Notes: a model not told the origin generated them from the letters alone. DNA of 64,000 nucleotides from an uncultured Campylobacter sp. (GCF_938039245.1 NZ_CALHVN010000020.1:17838-81837), one strand, 5' to 3'. Positions 16,163 through 37,357 are shown, counted from the stretch's first letter. Made by a program: numbers and translations.

Positions 16163-19100
16163 TCAACCGCCGAACTGAACGTCGTCGATAGTGATAGTTC
16201 CAGTTTTTGGATCTACGGTGTATTTTAGAGAGTCTAAGTTTACGCCCGCAAGTCTAACTATAGTATCCTCTTGCCCTATGGCATTGCTACCGTTGTATGC
16301 TACGGCTTTCTTATCATAGACCAAATAGGTGTCTCCTCTCCATGAGAAAGCATATAGTCTGTCGTTGTGAGCATCGTAGTTACCGTCTGCTCTGATGTTT
16401 CTGACATAACCCATAATTACGTTATCGGACGTAGTCAAGGTGCTGTTTGCATCTGCATACTTATTAAAATAAGTAGGAGTAGAGGTCCAATACGTAGTAT
16501 CGTTACCCCATAGTTTATTGCTAGATATAGCGTGATTTACCGCCTGTATCAAAGTATCCATACCGGCTACGCTCGTCAAGTCCGTGAGTTTAGAATTTAC
16601 GGTAACCTTGATAGCGTTGTGCGCGTCATAAAAGCTCTGGTCGCTAGCGCCTATACCGCCGGTATATTTATCGCTATTCGTAGCAGTATCTACTATGATG
16701 CTCTTTTTGAGGTTATTTGCCGTGATAGCGCCCGCATTTGCCGACTTCGTACCGGCTACGCCAGAGTTTTGGATGACGACGGTACCGTTTGTTCCAAGTA
16801 CAGGGTTGCCGGTTGTTTGTATGCCGCCACCAGCTGTATTATTAACGTCATTATATGTTTTGCTGTATAGCTCGTTGTTAACAAATTTATTTGCAGTAGA
16901 ACTATATAGTTTATTGTCTTTAACTAGCTGGCCTGATGGCGGTACCGTAAGACCCAAGTCGTGGTCGGCATAGTAATTTACCGTAGCGCCGCTACTATTT
17001 TCAGCCGTGAAAGAATCCCAACTTCCACCGATACGCGGCGGAGTACCAGGCGTGGCTCCTTCATGCCAGCCGGTACCTATAGTATATGTAGCTTGGCTAA
17101 CAGGAGTTGGGGTAGCCGTCACAGCCGCTTTGCCTGGTTCATAAAACGGACTGGTAGAATTATTAAAGCCGTAGTTGGTACTATTGGTCGTCGATCCCCA
17201 CGGATTAGAGGAGATATTTTTACCTGCCGCAGATGTCGTACTGTCTCCGGTTTGCCAAGAGAAATCTCCGTGATTAGCCTGATATACGTATCTATCGCCG
17301 CCGACGTGTCCGCCCGCAGCAAGAGAGTCGTTGAGCTTTTCTTCAAAGCTTGCAGTACCGGTAGGAGTTTTATAGCCGTTTACCGTACTAGTAGAGTTGC
17401 CCGAAGTAGTACCAGTGATCGTAAGCGGAGGCGTGGTGTTATCCGCTGGAGCCGTGCTATTGTTTACGGCTTTAAACGTTTGACCGTGATCCGATGCAGA
17501 AGTAGAAGCGCCAGGATGGTTACCTGTATAGAACTGAACCTTGTCGCTACCGTAGTTAGTTTCAGCTCCCCAGTTTGCATCTTTACCGTCTGAATCCGGG
17601 TCTTTTGGATCATAGCCGTGAGCGAAGTAGTCGGCTAGCTTGATCTTATCGCCCGCTTCGATATTTTTGATAGTTACGATTTTATTTACACTAGCGTTAG
17701 TCTTTGATCTACTTACGTCAAACACGTCGCGACCTCTACCGCCGTCGATGACGATCTCGGTGTCATTGGCTAGCTTACCAGTATGGATGATATCGTCGCC
17801 GTCCCCTAGCTCTACATTTAGACGCTTGATACCGTCCGGATTTGCCGCTACGTTAGTGGCCATATTATCTCCTAGAAGCACTACGTCGTTACCTTGAGTA
17901 CCTTTGATAAGAGATAACTTGGTATGGTCGGTAGCCCCCATCTCGCTCTTGGTTCTTACCATATCAGTAGAGTTTTCGCCACCGATACGCTTCGTACTAT
18001 AGAAAGTCGGCACATCGTCACTGGTAACGCCGTCATTAGCTCCGACCGCGGCACGAGCACCCCACTCAGGTAATGTAGACGTAGCTTTGAAGTTGTCTGC
18101 AGCTGCAGAAGCTTGGTTATCGTAGAAAGGATTTTTTAGGCTACCATGACTAGTTGCGCCGAAACCGAATTTGTTATTATCAAAATCGCGTGCATTGTGA
18201 TATGAACCATAATTCTGTTGCAAACTACTACCGTAAGTGGTGGTAACATTCGTAGAAAATTTAACGCCCGATAAATTTACGAAAGACGTAGAACCGGCTT
18301 TCACTCCGCTTAGATCCAATGTTTCCAGTACGGATGGATCAGCTGAATTGTACTTGCCGTTAAGGACTAAATTTACGTCCTCGCCTTTCATAGTAAAGGT
18401 TTTTAGATCCTTCGGAGAGTGAGAGCCGTCGTCAAATTTAACATAGACGTTCGTTTTATCGCTACCCGTTTGGACGCCTTTAGCCTCTAGGCTAGCAGAG
18501 TTTTGGTTAGCTCTTTGACCGCCGAAGTTGGCCTTTATAGTGTTTGTCGTAGCATACATGTATAATTTAGAAGCGTCGGTTTCTAGTGTGCCGTCTATCT
18601 TGTCGCTAAAATATGTAGGAGTAGTAAATACGCCTGCTTTAAATTTGATATTTTGACCGAAAAGCTCGCCTACGTGATAGGTACCTGCTATCTGAGATAG
18701 GTCGACGGTATTGTTTATAGTTTTGTCGTTACCGATTCTTCCTACGGCATCGGCATAGACTTGGTTATTTCCGGGTACGTATGTATACTGACCGCCGCCG
18801 CTTGCTAGGCTCACGTTGCCTCTTGCGTTACCCGCGTTTATATCGATGTCTCTAGCTATGACGTTGCCTATTAGTAGGTTGGTTATGTTATTTCCGTGAA
18901 CCTTAAACGTACCATCGGTGATGACGGAGTTTTTAGCGCCAGTTGCGCCGTATGCATAGTTTATCTGGGTGTTAACGGTAGTGCTATGATAATCGACATA
19001 GTGGCTAGCCATAGTAGCGTCGGTACCTTGATCCATACCGTTTGTTATCTCTACTTGACCTTGCATGTTATCTAGGCTTACGTCTATGCTACCTTTGGTA

Positions 19101-21478
19101 AAGATACCCTTGTTTGCCTTAAACGCGCTTAGATTCTTAGCCGTTATACCGATGGCTTGAGTAGCTACCGCAGCTGTCGGAGTAGTATCGTTGTCGGCCT
19201 TGCCTAGGATATTATTTGTAAAATACACTTTACCTGTTTTTATGTTGTTATCGGCTAGACCGTTTGCGTTAATCTGCTGGATAGCCTCGAATTTCCTATC
19301 GTCGATAGCCTCAAAATTCGTATCGGTGTTGATATTAAACACTTTTAGCTTTTCAAGGAAGGTGGCGTCAACGTTGCTTAGGATATTTGACTTTGAGTTT
19401 ATGGTTAGCTTGTCAAATGCGCCGCTAAGGTCTCTTTGGTTTGCACCAGCAGTAGTGCTAAGATCGGCTAGAGCTACATTAGTTATGCTTATGCCGGTAG
19501 TATTTGCATGGGAGTTACCTAAAGTACCCGGAGAGTTGAAATTTACGGTTATATCTTTAGCTCTAGGGGCGATGATGCCTATGCCTTCATTTGCATGCAT
19601 TCTATGAGAGTTTACCCAGTCGCCCGCTATCTTTTGTGCATACACGTTTTTACCGATATTTACGGTTACTTTTTCGCTCTCGTCGGCAGATACGTATGCA
19701 GTTACCTTGCTTCTTAGACCAGGAACGGTAGGGTTTATGATAGCTTCGCCTACAGGATTTCTAGGATCTATGGTGTTTTCTACATTGATGTTTTCTAGAT
19801 AGCCGTTTGTAAACTGCGTAGTACCATAAGGGCCGCTAGCAATAACGGGGTTGCCGCTCTCGTCAAGGGCCGGTTTATCTACGGTAACGCTTTTTATAGA
19901 CGAATTTACTACTTTTAGATTGTCTTTAAATTTGCTTGTATATAGATGAGTGACGTCTGAGCCGGTAAAATCTGCTGTAGCGGTGCTGTTGGTTACGCCG
20001 GTATCCACTTTCTCGATGCCGACTTTTTCTACATTTTTGATGTTAAATCTATTTTCGTTGGCTTTTAGATGTTTTACGATCACTTCGTCGTTACCCGCTC
20101 CGCCGTCTATCTCGAAGTACGGTCTAGCATCCGCGGCTCTAACGTCTTCAAAGTCTAATTTTATGACGTCTTTACTGCTACCGCCTTTGATAACGCTAGT
20201 AGCGCCGGAAGGAGTAGTAGCTAAAGCCTTGTAAGTATAATCAAGAGTGGCCGTAAAGGCTGATGCGTCGAATTTTTCTATGCGGTCGCTTTCGGCTTTT
20301 ACCGTTAGGTCGGTGTTGCCTTTTACGGTTATGTTTTTATAGTGGTTTCCCGTACCTGCGCCGGATTTTATAGTTACGTTACTCTTCTCGCCCTTGGTAG
20401 AGATGTTTAGATTTTCGATATTAGGGATATTGATACCCGCATCGTCGCTTCCTGTTACGCCGGTGATAGCATATTTGTGTAAATTTACCTTATCTAGGGT
20501 TAAATTTTGAGTATCGTTAACGCCAGCGATAGTGCTTGAGTTGTAGTCTAGCTTAAAGCCGTCGGCGGCGTTGCTAGTTACGTTTTGGAGGCTAATGTCC
20601 ACGATATTTTGCGGATTTAGTAAATTTAAACCATTTTGGCTATCTAGGGTTACTTTTTTAAGACCCTCTATGCCTCGCGCGTTAAAGGTCTTAGCTGTAG
20701 GCGCCGTAGAGGTTAAATTTAGGTTATCGATATGCTTGATATAGCCGGTAGTCATGCCGTTAAAGCTATCGTTTACTCTAACGTTTAGAGTGTTTTCTCC
20801 GCCGCCGCCGTCTATCTTATCGGTAGGTTTTAAAGTAGCGTTACTTACGACGCTGTCGGCTACGGCGTTAAATATATCCTGACCCACGCTTCCTAGTATT
20901 TCGTTTGAATCCGTACTTAGGTTATGTACGGTAGAGGCTGCTAACGCGTCTATCCTAGCTTTTTGCTCATCTAGGTTGGTAGCCGTAGTAGTTTTTATAA
21001 TCTCCTGAAACTCTCTGTAATCATAGTCTCCGGAGAGGTCTTGCCTAATATCGGCGATCTTTTGCGCCATATAAGAGGCTACCTCTGTTTTGTTGGCAAA
21101 TACCGCCGCCGCTACCGGGTCTGCGGCTCTAGCCTCTGCAGAAGTGGCTACCTCAAATAGTTTAACTAGAGTATCTCCTCTGCTGTGACCTGCGTCTAGG
21201 TGTCTAACCCATGCGTTGATACCGTCCGGGTCTCTTACATAGTCTTTACCTAGGATGTTTTTGTAGATGAGCTCTACATAGCCTCTGTTTGTGCTTATGT
21301 CTATACCTAGACTAGCATAATAAGGCGCCGTAGCCGGAGATGCTAGCATCTCGTTGGCTATCTGAGCCTGCGTTTTAGTCGCGCCTGCGGCTACCCACGC
21401 TCTAAAGCCGTCGCCTTCCGGGGCTCTGTTAAATAACGCAACGTAAAGCTGCGCTACTTGGGCTTGTGTTACTGCCAT
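16163..21478 (-). CDS. Large surface/S-layer-like protein with N-terminal DUF4214 and RTX-like GGxGxD repeats
   Basis: VAQLYVALFNRAPEGDG..W N-terminus; IDGGGGEN, IDGGAGND, LGDGDD, IDGGRGRD; Thr/Asn/Gly-rich; no signal peptide, consistent with type I secretion. Confidence 0.8.
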   Translation of the reverse strand: MAVTQAQVAQLYVALFNRAPEGDGFRAWVAAGATKTQAQIANEMLASPATAPYYASLGIDISTNRGYVELIYKNILGKDYVRDPDGINAWVRHLDAGHSRGDTLVKLFEVATSAEARAADPVAAAVFANKTEVASYMAQKIADIRQDLSGDYDYREFQEIIKTTTATNLDEQKARIDALAASTVHNLSTDSNEILGSVGQDIFNAVADSVVSNATLKPTDKIDGGGGENTLNVRVNDSFNGMTTGYIKHIDNLNLTSTAPTAKTFNARGIEGLKKVTLDSQNGLNLLNPQNIVDISLQNVTSNAADGFKLDYNSSTIAGVNDTQNLTLDKVNLHKYAITGVTGSDDAGINIPNIENLNISTKGEKSNVTIKSGAGTGNHYKNITVKGNTDLTVKAESDRIEKFDASAFTATLDYTYKALATTPSGATSVIKGGSSKDVIKLDFEDVRAADARPYFEIDGGAGNDEVIVKHLKANENRFNIKNVEKVGIEKVDTGVTNSTATADFTGSDVTHLYTSKFKDNLKVVNSSIKSVTVDKPALDESGNPVIASGPYGTTQFTNGYLENINVENTIDPRNPVGEAIINPTVPGLRSKVTAYVSADESEKVTVNIGKNVYAQKIAGDWVNSHRMHANEGIGIIAPRAKDITVNFNSPGTLGNSHANTTGISITNVALADLSTTAGANQRDLSGAFDKLTINSKSNILSNVDATFLEKLKVFNINTDTNFEAIDDRKFEAIQQINANGLADNNIKTGKVYFTNNILGKADNDTTPTAAVATQAIGITAKNLSAFKANKGIFTKGSIDVSLDNMQGQVEITNGMDQGTDATMASHYVDYHSTTVNTQINYAYGATGAKNSVITDGTFKVHGNNITNLLIGNVIARDIDINAGNARGNVSLASGGGQYTYVPGNNQVYADAVGRIGNDKTINNTVDLSQIAGTYHVGELFGQNIKFKAGVFTTPTYFSDKIDGTLETDASKLYMYATTNTIKANFGGQRANQNSASLEAKGVQTGSDKTNVYVKFDDGSHSPKDLKTFTMKGEDVNLVLNGKYNSADPSVLETLDLSGVKAGSTSFVNLSGVKFSTNVTTTYGSSLQQNYGSYHNARDFDNNKFGFGATSHGSLKNPFYDNQASAAADNFKATSTLPEWGARAAVGANDGVTSDDVPTFYSTKRIGGENSTDMVRTKSEMGATDHTKLSLIKGTQGNDVVLLGDNMATNVAANPDGIKRLNVELGDGDDIIHTGKLANDTEIVIDGGRGRDVFDVSRSKTNASVNKIVTIKNIEAGDKIKLADYFAHGYDPKDPDSDGKDANWGAETNYGSDKVQFYTGNHPGASTSASDHGQTFKAVNNSTAPADNTTPPLTITGTTSGNSTSTVNGYKTPTGTASFEEKLNDSLAAGGHVGGDRYVYQANHGDFSWQTGDSTTSAAGKNISSNPWGSTTNSTNYGFNNSTSPFYEPGKAAVTATPTPVSQATYTIGTGWHEGATPGTPPRIGGSWDSFTAENSSGATVNYYADHDLGLTVPPSGQLVKDNKLYSSTANKFVNNELYSKTYNDVNNTAGGGIQTTGNPVLGTNGTVVIQNSGVAGTKSANAGAITANNLKKSIIVDTATNSDKYTGGIGASDQSFYDAHNAIKVTVNSKLTDLTSVAGMDTLIQAVNHAISSNKLWGNDTTYWTSTPTYFNKYADANSTLTTSDNVIMGYVRNIRADGNYDAHNDRLYAFSWRGDTYLVYDKKAVAYNGSNAIGQEDTIVRLAGVNLDSLKYTVDPKTGTITIDDVQFGG

Positions 21479-22177
21479 TAAGGACTCCTTTATAAAATTA
21501 CTTGATGTTTTTAGTGTTCTATTTACAGAAAACTATCGCCAATTATACCATAATTTTTATAAAATGAAGGGAAGCGTTTTTTAATTTAGTTAAGCGATCG
21601 CTACAAAAAACAATAATGTTCAAGGTGTATAAATAAAATTTTTGTTTCATGTTGCGGCCGTAGCAGCGTTAAATTTACCAATAATTTTTTGGCAATGCTT
21701 AGCCTGATTTTTAGAAACTTGATGTATAGATTTGCCGCATTTAAATATTTTGTGGAGCTTTTTAGCGGCTAATAAACAAAGATGTCGCTAGGCTGCCGGC
21801 TTGCTAAATTTACCATTTAAGCCGTATAAGCACGGTAGTAAGCAAATGCGCACCTATAGCTATCTCATGGATTTTTTAGAGCCTAAAATTTAAGCCGTAT
21901 ATAATAAAAGACTAGAATTTTACCGTATTTGTCAGTTTTTAAAGAGCGTATCGGTTCTTAAGCCGATTTTGTTTAACATGGTTTATTTAAAAGCGAATAG
22001 TTTGGTCACGCTAGAAATCATACTAAGAAATTCTAAAATTTAGCCCTATTTAGTAGTATCAATAGCTCGCTTTTCTTTTTAAGCTAACCATAAGTGAAAT
22101 TACTACATAAATATGTTGTATACGTATTTTGAGGGCTTAAGGAAAGTCCATAAATTGGGGGTATATTTTAGGTGGAA

Positions 22178-22254
22178 TGGTGTCCCCAGCGAGATTCGAA
22201 CTCACGGCCTCAGAATTAGGAATTCTGCGCTCTATCCAGCTGAGCTATGAGGAC
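22178..22254 (-). tRNA. tRNA-Arg(CCT)
   Basis: GTCCTCATAGCTCAGCTGGATAGAGCG..CAGAA-TTCCTAA-TTCTG..GTTCGAATC..GGGGACACCA. Confidence 0.95.
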
Positions 22255-22394
22255 ATACAGGTAATAAATCAACTAAATTTAACAGCTTGTCAAATTTTAT
22301 TATATAAAAACACGACTTGCCCCAACTACGAGAAGTTGCTGGCAGTCGTTTAACTAAATTCAAGGCGAGGACTCGCATCCCCGCCAAATTCGGC

Positions 22395-24473
22395 TTAGCC
22401 GTTTCTTTTCTTGATAATCTCTTCGCTGACGTTCTTTGGAACTTCCTCATAGTGGTCAAATTCCATAGAATAAGTAGCGCGACCTTGCGTCATAGAGCGA
22501 AGGTCAGTAGAGTAACCAAACATCTGAGCTAGCGGGCAGAAAGCAGTGATGATCTTGCTTCCGTTTCGCTCGTCCATAGAGTTTACTTGACCGCGACGTT
22601 TGTTTAAGTCGCCGATAACGTCACCCATATAGTCCTCAGGCGTCTCAACCTCAACCTTCATCATAGGCTCAAGGATAACCGCACCCGCTTTTCTAGCGCC
22701 CTCTTTGAAACCCATAGAAGCAGCTAGTTTAAATGCCATTTCAGACGAGTCAACTTCGTGGTAGCTACCGTCAAATAGGGTAACTTTAACGTCCTCGACC
22801 GGATAACCGGCAAGCACGCCGCTTTGTAGCGCCTCTTTGCAGCCTTTTTCAACCGCTGGGATATACTCTTTAGGAACTACGCCGCCTTTAATATCGTTAA
22901 CGAACTCAAATCCGCTAGCCGCAGGTAGCGGCTCAAGGCGCAAGAACACGTGTCCGTACTGACCGCGACCACCTGATTGTTTAGCGTATTTATACTCTTG
23001 CTCGACTGTTTTGCGGATGGTCTCGCGGTATGCGACTTGCGGTTGACCTACTTCGGCATCGACTTTAAATTCGCGTAGCATTCTATCTACGATGATCTCA
23101 AGATGAAGCTCGCCCATACCGCTGATGATGGTTTGACCGCTCTCTTCGTCGGTGCCCACTCTAAAGCTTGGGTCTTCTTGAGCTAGTTTTTGAAGCGCGA
23201 TAGCCATTTTTTCTTGATCGGCTTTAGTTTTTGGCTCGACGGCAACACTGATAACCGGCTCAGGGAAGTCCATCTTCTCAAGGATAACCTTGTCTTTTTC
23301 GCTCGCGAGCGTATCGCCGGTTAGGGTATTTTTTAGACCTACGACCGCGCCGATCTCGCCTGCGTGAAGAATCGAAATTTCCTCGCGTTTGTTTGAGTGC
23401 ATTTTTAGCAAGCGACCGATTCTTTCTTTATTATCCTGAACGGTGTTGTAAGCATAGCTACCGCTCTCAAGGCTACCGCGATAAACACGGATAAAGGTAA
23501 GCTGCCCGACGAACGGGTCGGTCATAATCTTAAACGCAAGAGCTGCAAATTCGCCGTTATCGGTGCTTTCTACAGTTACTTCGCTACCGTCTTCATAAAC
23601 GCCCTTAATCGCCTCGATCTCATCCGGTGCAGGCAAATATGCTACGACCGCGTCAAGTAGGGGCTGGATGCCTTTATTTTTAAATGCCGTTCCGCAAAGC
23701 ATAGGAGTTATCGTCATTCTTAAGCAACCCGCTTTGATACCTTTTTTGATCTCTTCTTCGCTTAGCTCCTCGCCTGAGAAAAATTTCTCCATCAAGCTAT
23801 CATCGGTTTCAGAAACCGCTTCGATTAACTTAGTGCGGTACTCTTCTGCCTTTTCTTTTACTTCCGCCGGGATCTCTATCTCTTTATAATCAGTCGGCTT
23901 TTTGTCGTCTTCCCAAACGTAAGCTTTCATTTTAACCAAATCGACTACGCCTCTAAAGTTATCCTCTGCGCCGATAGGAATTTGAATAGGCACCGGATTT
24001 GCTTTTAGGCGGTTTCTGATTTGAGACTCGACGTTATAAAAATTTGCGCCGATTCTATCCATTTTATTTACGAAAACGATTCTTGGGACGTGATACTTAT
24101 TTGCTTGTCTCCAAACGGTCTCAGACTGAGGCTGTACGCCGCCGACTGAGCAAAATACCGAAACGGCGCCATCAAGAACGCGCATAGAACGCTCGACTTC
24201 GATAGTAAAGTCGACGTGGCCCGGAGTGTCGATCAAATTTATCTGGTGATCTTTCCAAAAGCAAGTGGTCGCCGCAGACGTAATCGTAATGCCGCGCTCT
24301 TTTTCTTGCTCCATCCAGTCCATCGTAGCAGCACCGTCGTGAACCTCGCCGATCTTGTGGCTCATACCCGTAAAGAACAAAATTCTTTCGCTGGTCGTAG
24401 TTTTACCGGCATCGATGTGAGCAGCGATACCGATGTTTCTAACCATATGTAAAGGGGTTTTTCTATCTGCCAT
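22395..24473 (-). CDS. fusA: Elongation factor G
   Basis: [21 protein letters not shown]; full length 692 aa. Confidence 0.99.
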   Translation of the reverse strand: MADRKTPLHMVRNIGIAAHIDAGKTTTSERILFFTGMSHKIGEVHDGAATMDWMEQEKERGITITSAATTCFWKDHQINLIDTPGHVDFTIEVERSMRVLDGAVSVFCSVGGVQPQSETVWRQANKYHVPRIVFVNKMDRIGANFYNVESQIRNRLKANPVPIQIPIGAEDNFRGVVDLVKMKAYVWEDDKKPTDYKEIEIPAEVKEKAEEYRTKLIEAVSETDDSLMEKFFSGEELSEEEIKKGIKAGCLRMTITPMLCGTAFKNKGIQPLLDAVVAYLPAPDEIEAIKGVYEDGSEVTVESTDNGEFAALAFKIMTDPFVGQLTFIRVYRGSLESGSYAYNTVQDNKERIGRLLKMHSNKREEISILHAGEIGAVVGLKNTLTGDTLASEKDKVILEKMDFPEPVISVAVEPKTKADQEKMAIALQKLAQEDPSFRVGTDEESGQTIISGMGELHLEIIVDRMLREFKVDAEVGQPQVAYRETIRKTVEQEYKYAKQSGGRGQYGHVFLRLEPLPAASGFEFVNDIKGGVVPKEYIPAVEKGCKEALQSGVLAGYPVEDVKVTLFDGSYHEVDSSEMAFKLAASMGFKEGARKAGAVILEPMMKVEVETPEDYMGDVIGDLNKRRGQVNSMDERNGSKIITAFCPLAQMFGYSTDLRSMTQGRATYSMEFDHYEEVPKNVSEEIIKKRNG

Positions 24474-24485
24474 ACCAGCCTCCTC

Positions 24486-24968
<483 letters not shown>

Positions 24969-25031
24969 TCAAATTTTATAAATTTTACTCAAACCTATGC
25001 CGCTAATGGCATGGTCTGCGAACCTAATTTT

Positions 25032-25439
25032 TTATTTCTTTTTACCCGCTGCGGCTGCTGCTTGACCAGGTTTTGGTCGTTTAGCACCGTATTTTGAGCG
25101 AGAAACCGTTCTTTTTGCAACGCCTGCAGTATCAAGAGCGCCGCGCACGATGTGGTATTTAACGCCCGGTAAGTCTTTAACACGACCGCCGCGCACTAGC
25201 ACGATGCTGTGTTCTTGTAGGTTGTGACCTTCGCCGCCGATATAGCTGATCACTTCAAAACCGCTTGTAAGCCTAACTTTGGCAACTTTTCTCAAAGCCG
25301 AGTTTGGTTTTTTAGGAGTCGTAGTATAGACCCTAGTGCAAACTCCTCTTCTTTGAGGACACTCTTTTAGCGCCGGAGATTTTGACTTAAAAGTCACTTT
25401 CTTGCGCTCTTTTCTGACCAATTGATTAATGGTTGGCAC
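25032..25439 (-). CDS. rpsL: 30S ribosomal protein S12 (GTG start)
   Basis: [28 protein letters not shown]; short Ala/Lys C-terminal tail. Confidence 0.98.
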   Translation of the reverse strand: MPTINQLVRKERKKVTFKSKSPALKECPQRRGVCTRVYTTTPKKPNSALRKVAKVRLTSGFEVISYIGGEGHNLQEHSIVLVRGGRVKDLPGVKYHIVRGALDTAGVAKRTVSRSKYGAKRPKPGQAAAAAGKKK

Positions 25440-25483
25440 AGTAATTCCTTTCAACTAAATTTATTAAAAAGACTTGATTTTAT

Positions 25484-25720
25484 TTAAATTTGGCTTAATA
25501 TAAGGTAAATTTCATCTTTAGCGTCAAATTTTATCGCGCTAGTCTTTTTTAAAAGCGTATTTTCCGCTTTTACTAAAGATAACGCAAATGAGATAAAGGC
25601 ATAAATTTCGACCCTAAAGCCGCCGACGTTTGTAAGCTTCGGCAAATTTCCGAGTCCGCAATAGGCGTACATTATCGTTAGGCTAGTGCCGATAGTAAGC
25701 AATGCGCCAATCCTAGTCGA
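25484..25720 (-). pseudogene. Probable 3' remnant of a DoxX-type membrane protein gene
   Basis: Reads TRIGALLTIGTSLTIMYAY.GLGNL..LTNVGGF..E, resembling the second half of DoxX proteins; 5' half absent. Confidence 0.4.
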
Positions 25721-25785
25721 ATTTTTCGAAATTTTAAATTTAAAGGATTGATTTTATCCGGCTAGCTTTAAAACGAGGTACATTT

Positions 25786-25811
25786 AAGCCTCGCCAAATT
25801 TGGCGAGGCTT
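25786..25811. terminator. Perfect 26-bp palindrome after rpoC, likely terminator
   Basis: AAGCCTCGCCAAATTTGGCGAGGCTT, 12 bp past the rpoC stop. Confidence 0.7.
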
Positions 25812-25823
25812 GCGGGGTTAAAT

Positions 25824-34464
<8,641 letters not shown>

Positions 34465-34570
34465 CTACCTCATTGGTATAAGTTGAAAGAAAGTAAATAA
34501 CCGCACGTCTGCGGCATCTTTATAAAAATTAAATAAGGAGGCAATGCCTCCTCTGTAAAAATAAGTAAAA

Positions 34571-34948
34571 TTATTTAAGTTCGACTTTAGCGCCGGCTTC
34601 CTCAAGCTCTTTTTTAGCTGCTTCAGCCTCATCCTTGCTAATGCCTTCTTTAATAACGGAAGGAGTTTGCTCGACTGCATCTTTAGCCTCTTTAAGACCA
34701 AGGCCGGTAAGAGCGCGAACGACTTTAATAACGTTGATTTTCTTGTCGCCGCCGTCAACTAGAACAACGTTAAATTCTGTTTTCTCCTCAGCTGCGTCTG
34801 CTGCGCCGCCTGCTGCTGCGCCACCTGCTACCATTACCGGAGCAGCGCTTACGCCGAATTTCTCTTCAAATTCTTTTACTAATTCGCTTAGCTCTAATAC
34901 TGAAAGATTAGAGATAAATTCTAATACGTCCTCTTTAGTAATTGCCAT
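34571..34948 (-). CDS. rplL: 50S ribosomal protein L7/L12
   Basis: [23 protein letters not shown]. Confidence 0.99.
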   Translation of the reverse strand: MAITKEDVLEFISNLSVLELSELVKEFEEKFGVSAAPVMVAGGAAAGGAADAAEEKTEFNVVLVDGGDKKINVIKVVRALTGLGLKEAKDAVEQTPSVIKEGISKDEAEAAKKELEEAGAKVELK

Positions 34949-34959
34949 TTCTTATCCTT

Positions 34960-35442
34960 TTATGCTGATTTTTCTTTTTTCTCTTTAAGCGCATTTAGTC
35001 CAATAGTGAAATTTTGGATAGGCGCATTCCAAACTTGCAAAAGCATCGCAAGCAACTCATCACGGCTAGGCATCTTAGATAGAGCCTTGACTTTCTCGAC
35101 GCTTGCAACTTCGCCATCAATATGAGCGGTCTTAATTTTGAATAGTTCGCTATTTGTTTCTTCAAATTTAGCCGCAACTTTAGTAGCTGAAAGCTGATCG
35201 CCCCAGATAAAGATATTAGTATCTTTCAAAACCATACCGGATTTTCCGATATTATTAAGAGCAATATTTGCAAGAGTATTTTTTACGATTTGAACTTTTA
35301 CGTTTAAAACCCTAGCCGCATCTCTCAAGGCCTCTAGCTTTTTAGTGCTAAGACCGCGATAATCGCAAACTATAATCGCTTCATTTTCTTTAAATTCAGC
35401 TTCAAGTTTACTGATTATTTCAGATTTTTCATTTCTCGTCAT
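34960..35442 (-). CDS. rplJ: 50S ribosomal protein L10
   Basis: [19 protein letters not shown]; operon position. Confidence 0.97.
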   Translation of the reverse strand: MTRNEKSEIISKLEAEFKENEAIIVCDYRGLSTKKLEALRDAARVLNVKVQIVKNTLANIALNNIGKSGMVLKDTNIFIWGDQLSATKVAAKFEETNSELFKIKTAHIDGEVASVEKVKALSKMPSRDELLAMLLQVWNAPIQNFTIGLNALKEKKEKSA

Positions 35443-35454
35443 CTAGTTTTTCTC

Positions 35455-35530
35455 CTTTCCGACTAGTGATTTCAAGCAGAGCGGCATAAAAGCGCGATTA
35501 AGCAAAAGCCTCTGCTATCTCCAATCTAAG
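35455..35530 (-). promoter_or_regulatory. Probable L10 autoregulatory leader RNA
   Basis: The - strand reads GAGATAGCAGAGGC..TTAAT..CTCTGCTTGAA, a stem directly upstream of the rplJ RBS that resembles the L10 leader layout. Confidence 0.55.
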
Positions 35531-35552
35531 ATAAAAATTTATTAGCTAAAAA

Positions 35553-36257
35553 TTAGCGTAGATCCATAAGCTCTTGAGTCTCGAGTAGAACAGAAGGGCT
35601 CATAGTTAACGATAAAGCAGCACTCTTAATGTATCTACCTTTTGCTGCTGCAGGTTTTTGTCTATTTACCGCTTTAATAAGGGTTGAAATGTTATCGTTT
35701 AGTTGCTCTTTTGAAAAGCTAACTTTACCGAGACCGGCATGTATATTTCCTTGCTTATCTACACGGAAATTAACTTGACCGCTTTTTGCGTTATTGACCG
35801 CTTGAGCTACATCCATAGTAACAGTGCCTGTTTTTGGATTTGGCATAAGACCTTTTGGTCCCAAAATTCGTCCTACTTTACCGACTAGTCCCATTAAATT
35901 TGGAGTAGCAATAAGAACATCAAAATTCATAATTCCTTTTTGGATATCTTCGACAAGTTCATCGCTACCGACTATATCGGCGCCGGCAGCTTTTGCTTCG
36001 TCAGCTTTTGCATCTTTTGCTATAACAGCTACGCGAACAGTTTTGCCGGTTCCTGCAGGAAGTACAACCGAGCCTCTAACCATTTGATCTGCGTGTCTTG
36101 GGTCAACATTAAGTTTCAAAGCAATTTCAACGGTTTCGTCAAATTTTGCGCTTTTTAATTGTTTTATAGTATCAATAGCCTCAGCTAAAGAATAATTTTT
36201 AGTAGCATCAACTTTTTCAAGCAGCTTACTAAATCTTTTTGTAGTTTTTTTTGACAT
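35553..36257 (-). CDS. rplA: 50S ribosomal protein L1
   Basis: [23 protein letters not shown]. Confidence 0.99.
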   Translation of the reverse strand: MSKKTTKRFSKLLEKVDATKNYSLAEAIDTIKQLKSAKFDETVEIALKLNVDPRHADQMVRGSVVLPAGTGKTVRVAVIAKDAKADEAKAAGADIVGSDELVEDIQKGIMNFDVLIATPNLMGLVGKVGRILGPKGLMPNPKTGTVTMDVAQAVNNAKSGQVNFRVDKQGNIHAGLGKVSFSKEQLNDNISTLIKAVNRQKPAAAKGRYIKSAALSLTMSPSVLLETQELMDLR

Positions 36258-36380
36258 TGATTTCTCCGCATTTATAATTTTTATGCTTCCACATTGCTAA
36301 GTTTAAAATACACGCGCTAAATTAGGTATTAACGCGTGCCATAAATTTAACTTCAACAAAACCCTTATGTGGTAAAAGGA

Positions 36381-36806
36381 TTAATCTACTACCGTAATAC
36401 CTATTGAACGAGCTGAACCAGCAATAATTTTAGCTGCTTGCTCCCTATCTTTAGTATTTAAATCGGCAATTTTTTTCTCAACAATTTCGAGCACCTGAGC
36501 TTTTGTAAGCTTAGCCACTTTATTTTTTAACGGATTATCCGAACCTTTTTCTATGCCTGCAGCTTTTTTGATAAGATCCGTTGCAGGTGGCTGTTTTGTG
36601 ATAAAAGTAAAACTTTTGTCTGCATATACTGTAATAACGACCGGTACTCTAAATCCGGCCATATCCTTAGTTCTTTCATTAAAAGCTTTGCAAAATTCCA
36701 TAATATTCACACCCTGCTGACCAAGAGCCGGACCTACCGGAGGACTCGGATTTGCTTTTGCAGCAGCAATATGTAATTTAATTTCGCCTACAACCTTTTT
36801 AGCCAT
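36381..36806 (-). CDS. rplK: 50S ribosomal protein L11
   Basis: [23 protein letters not shown]. Confidence 0.99.
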   Translation of the reverse strand: MAKKVVGEIKLHIAAAKANPSPPVGPALGQQGVNIMEFCKAFNERTKDMAGFRVPVVITVYADKSFTFITKQPPATDLIKKAAGIEKGSDNPLKNKVAKLTKAQVLEIVEKKIADLNTKDREQAAKIIAGSARSIGITVVD

Positions 36807-36816
36807 AAACTTCTCC

Positions 36817-37347
36817 TTATACTATCTTCTCAACTTGTGAATACAAAATTTCAACTGGAGTACTTCTACCAAATATTGAAACATTCAACTTTAACTTGCC
36901 GTGTATCATATCGTACTCTTCTACTATTCCGGTAAAATTTGCGAAAGGTCCCTCGGTAATACGAACATTTTCACCATTATCAAAGAAAATCTTTGGCTTA
37001 GGAGCAGCACGTTTTTGAACCTTTTCCAGAATTAAATTAATGTCTTTTTCGCTCAAAGGCGTAGGCTTTTTAGCCTCACCTATAAATCTACCTACTTTAG
37101 GAAGAGATTGTATCTTATGCCAAAGAGCAGTATCTAAATCAAGATACGCAAAAGCATATCCAGGATAAAGACTTCTCTCATTTATTTTTTTCTTACCATT
37201 TTTTATTTCTATTACGTCTTCAGTAGGAACTATAATTTCTTTTAGTTGTTCTTCAATGTGATTATCTCTAACCAAATTTTCAATAGCTCTTTTTACGCTC
37301 ATTTCGCTACCGGCATAAGTTTGAATTGCATACCATTTATGTGCCAT
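36817..37347 (-). CDS. nusG: Transcription termination/antitermination factor NusG
   Basis: [30 protein letters not shown]; start reassigned to MAHKWY. Confidence 0.98.
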   Translation of the reverse strand: MAHKWYAIQTYAGSEMSVKRAIENLVRDNHIEEQLKEIIVPTEDVIEIKNGKKKINERSLYPGYAFAYLDLDTALWHKIQSLPKVGRFIGEAKKPTPLSEKDINLILEKVQKRAAPKPKIFFDNGENVRITEGPFANFTGIVEEYDMIHGKLKLNVSIFGRSTPVEILYSQVEKIV

Positions 37348-37357
37348 ACATTCAACC

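Noticed and set aside
22178..22200. att-site duplication of the tRNA-Arg 3' end bounding an island
   Set aside because: I found no second TGGTGTCCCC copy by eye and no integrase.
25032..25439. Streptomycin-resistance allele of rpsL
   Set aside because: TPKKPNS and RVKDLPG lysines are wild type.
36270..36375. L1-binding leader between rplK and rplA
   Set aside because: ACCACAT/ATGTGG pairing is possible, but the match to the L1 motif is too weak to call without a covariance-model search.
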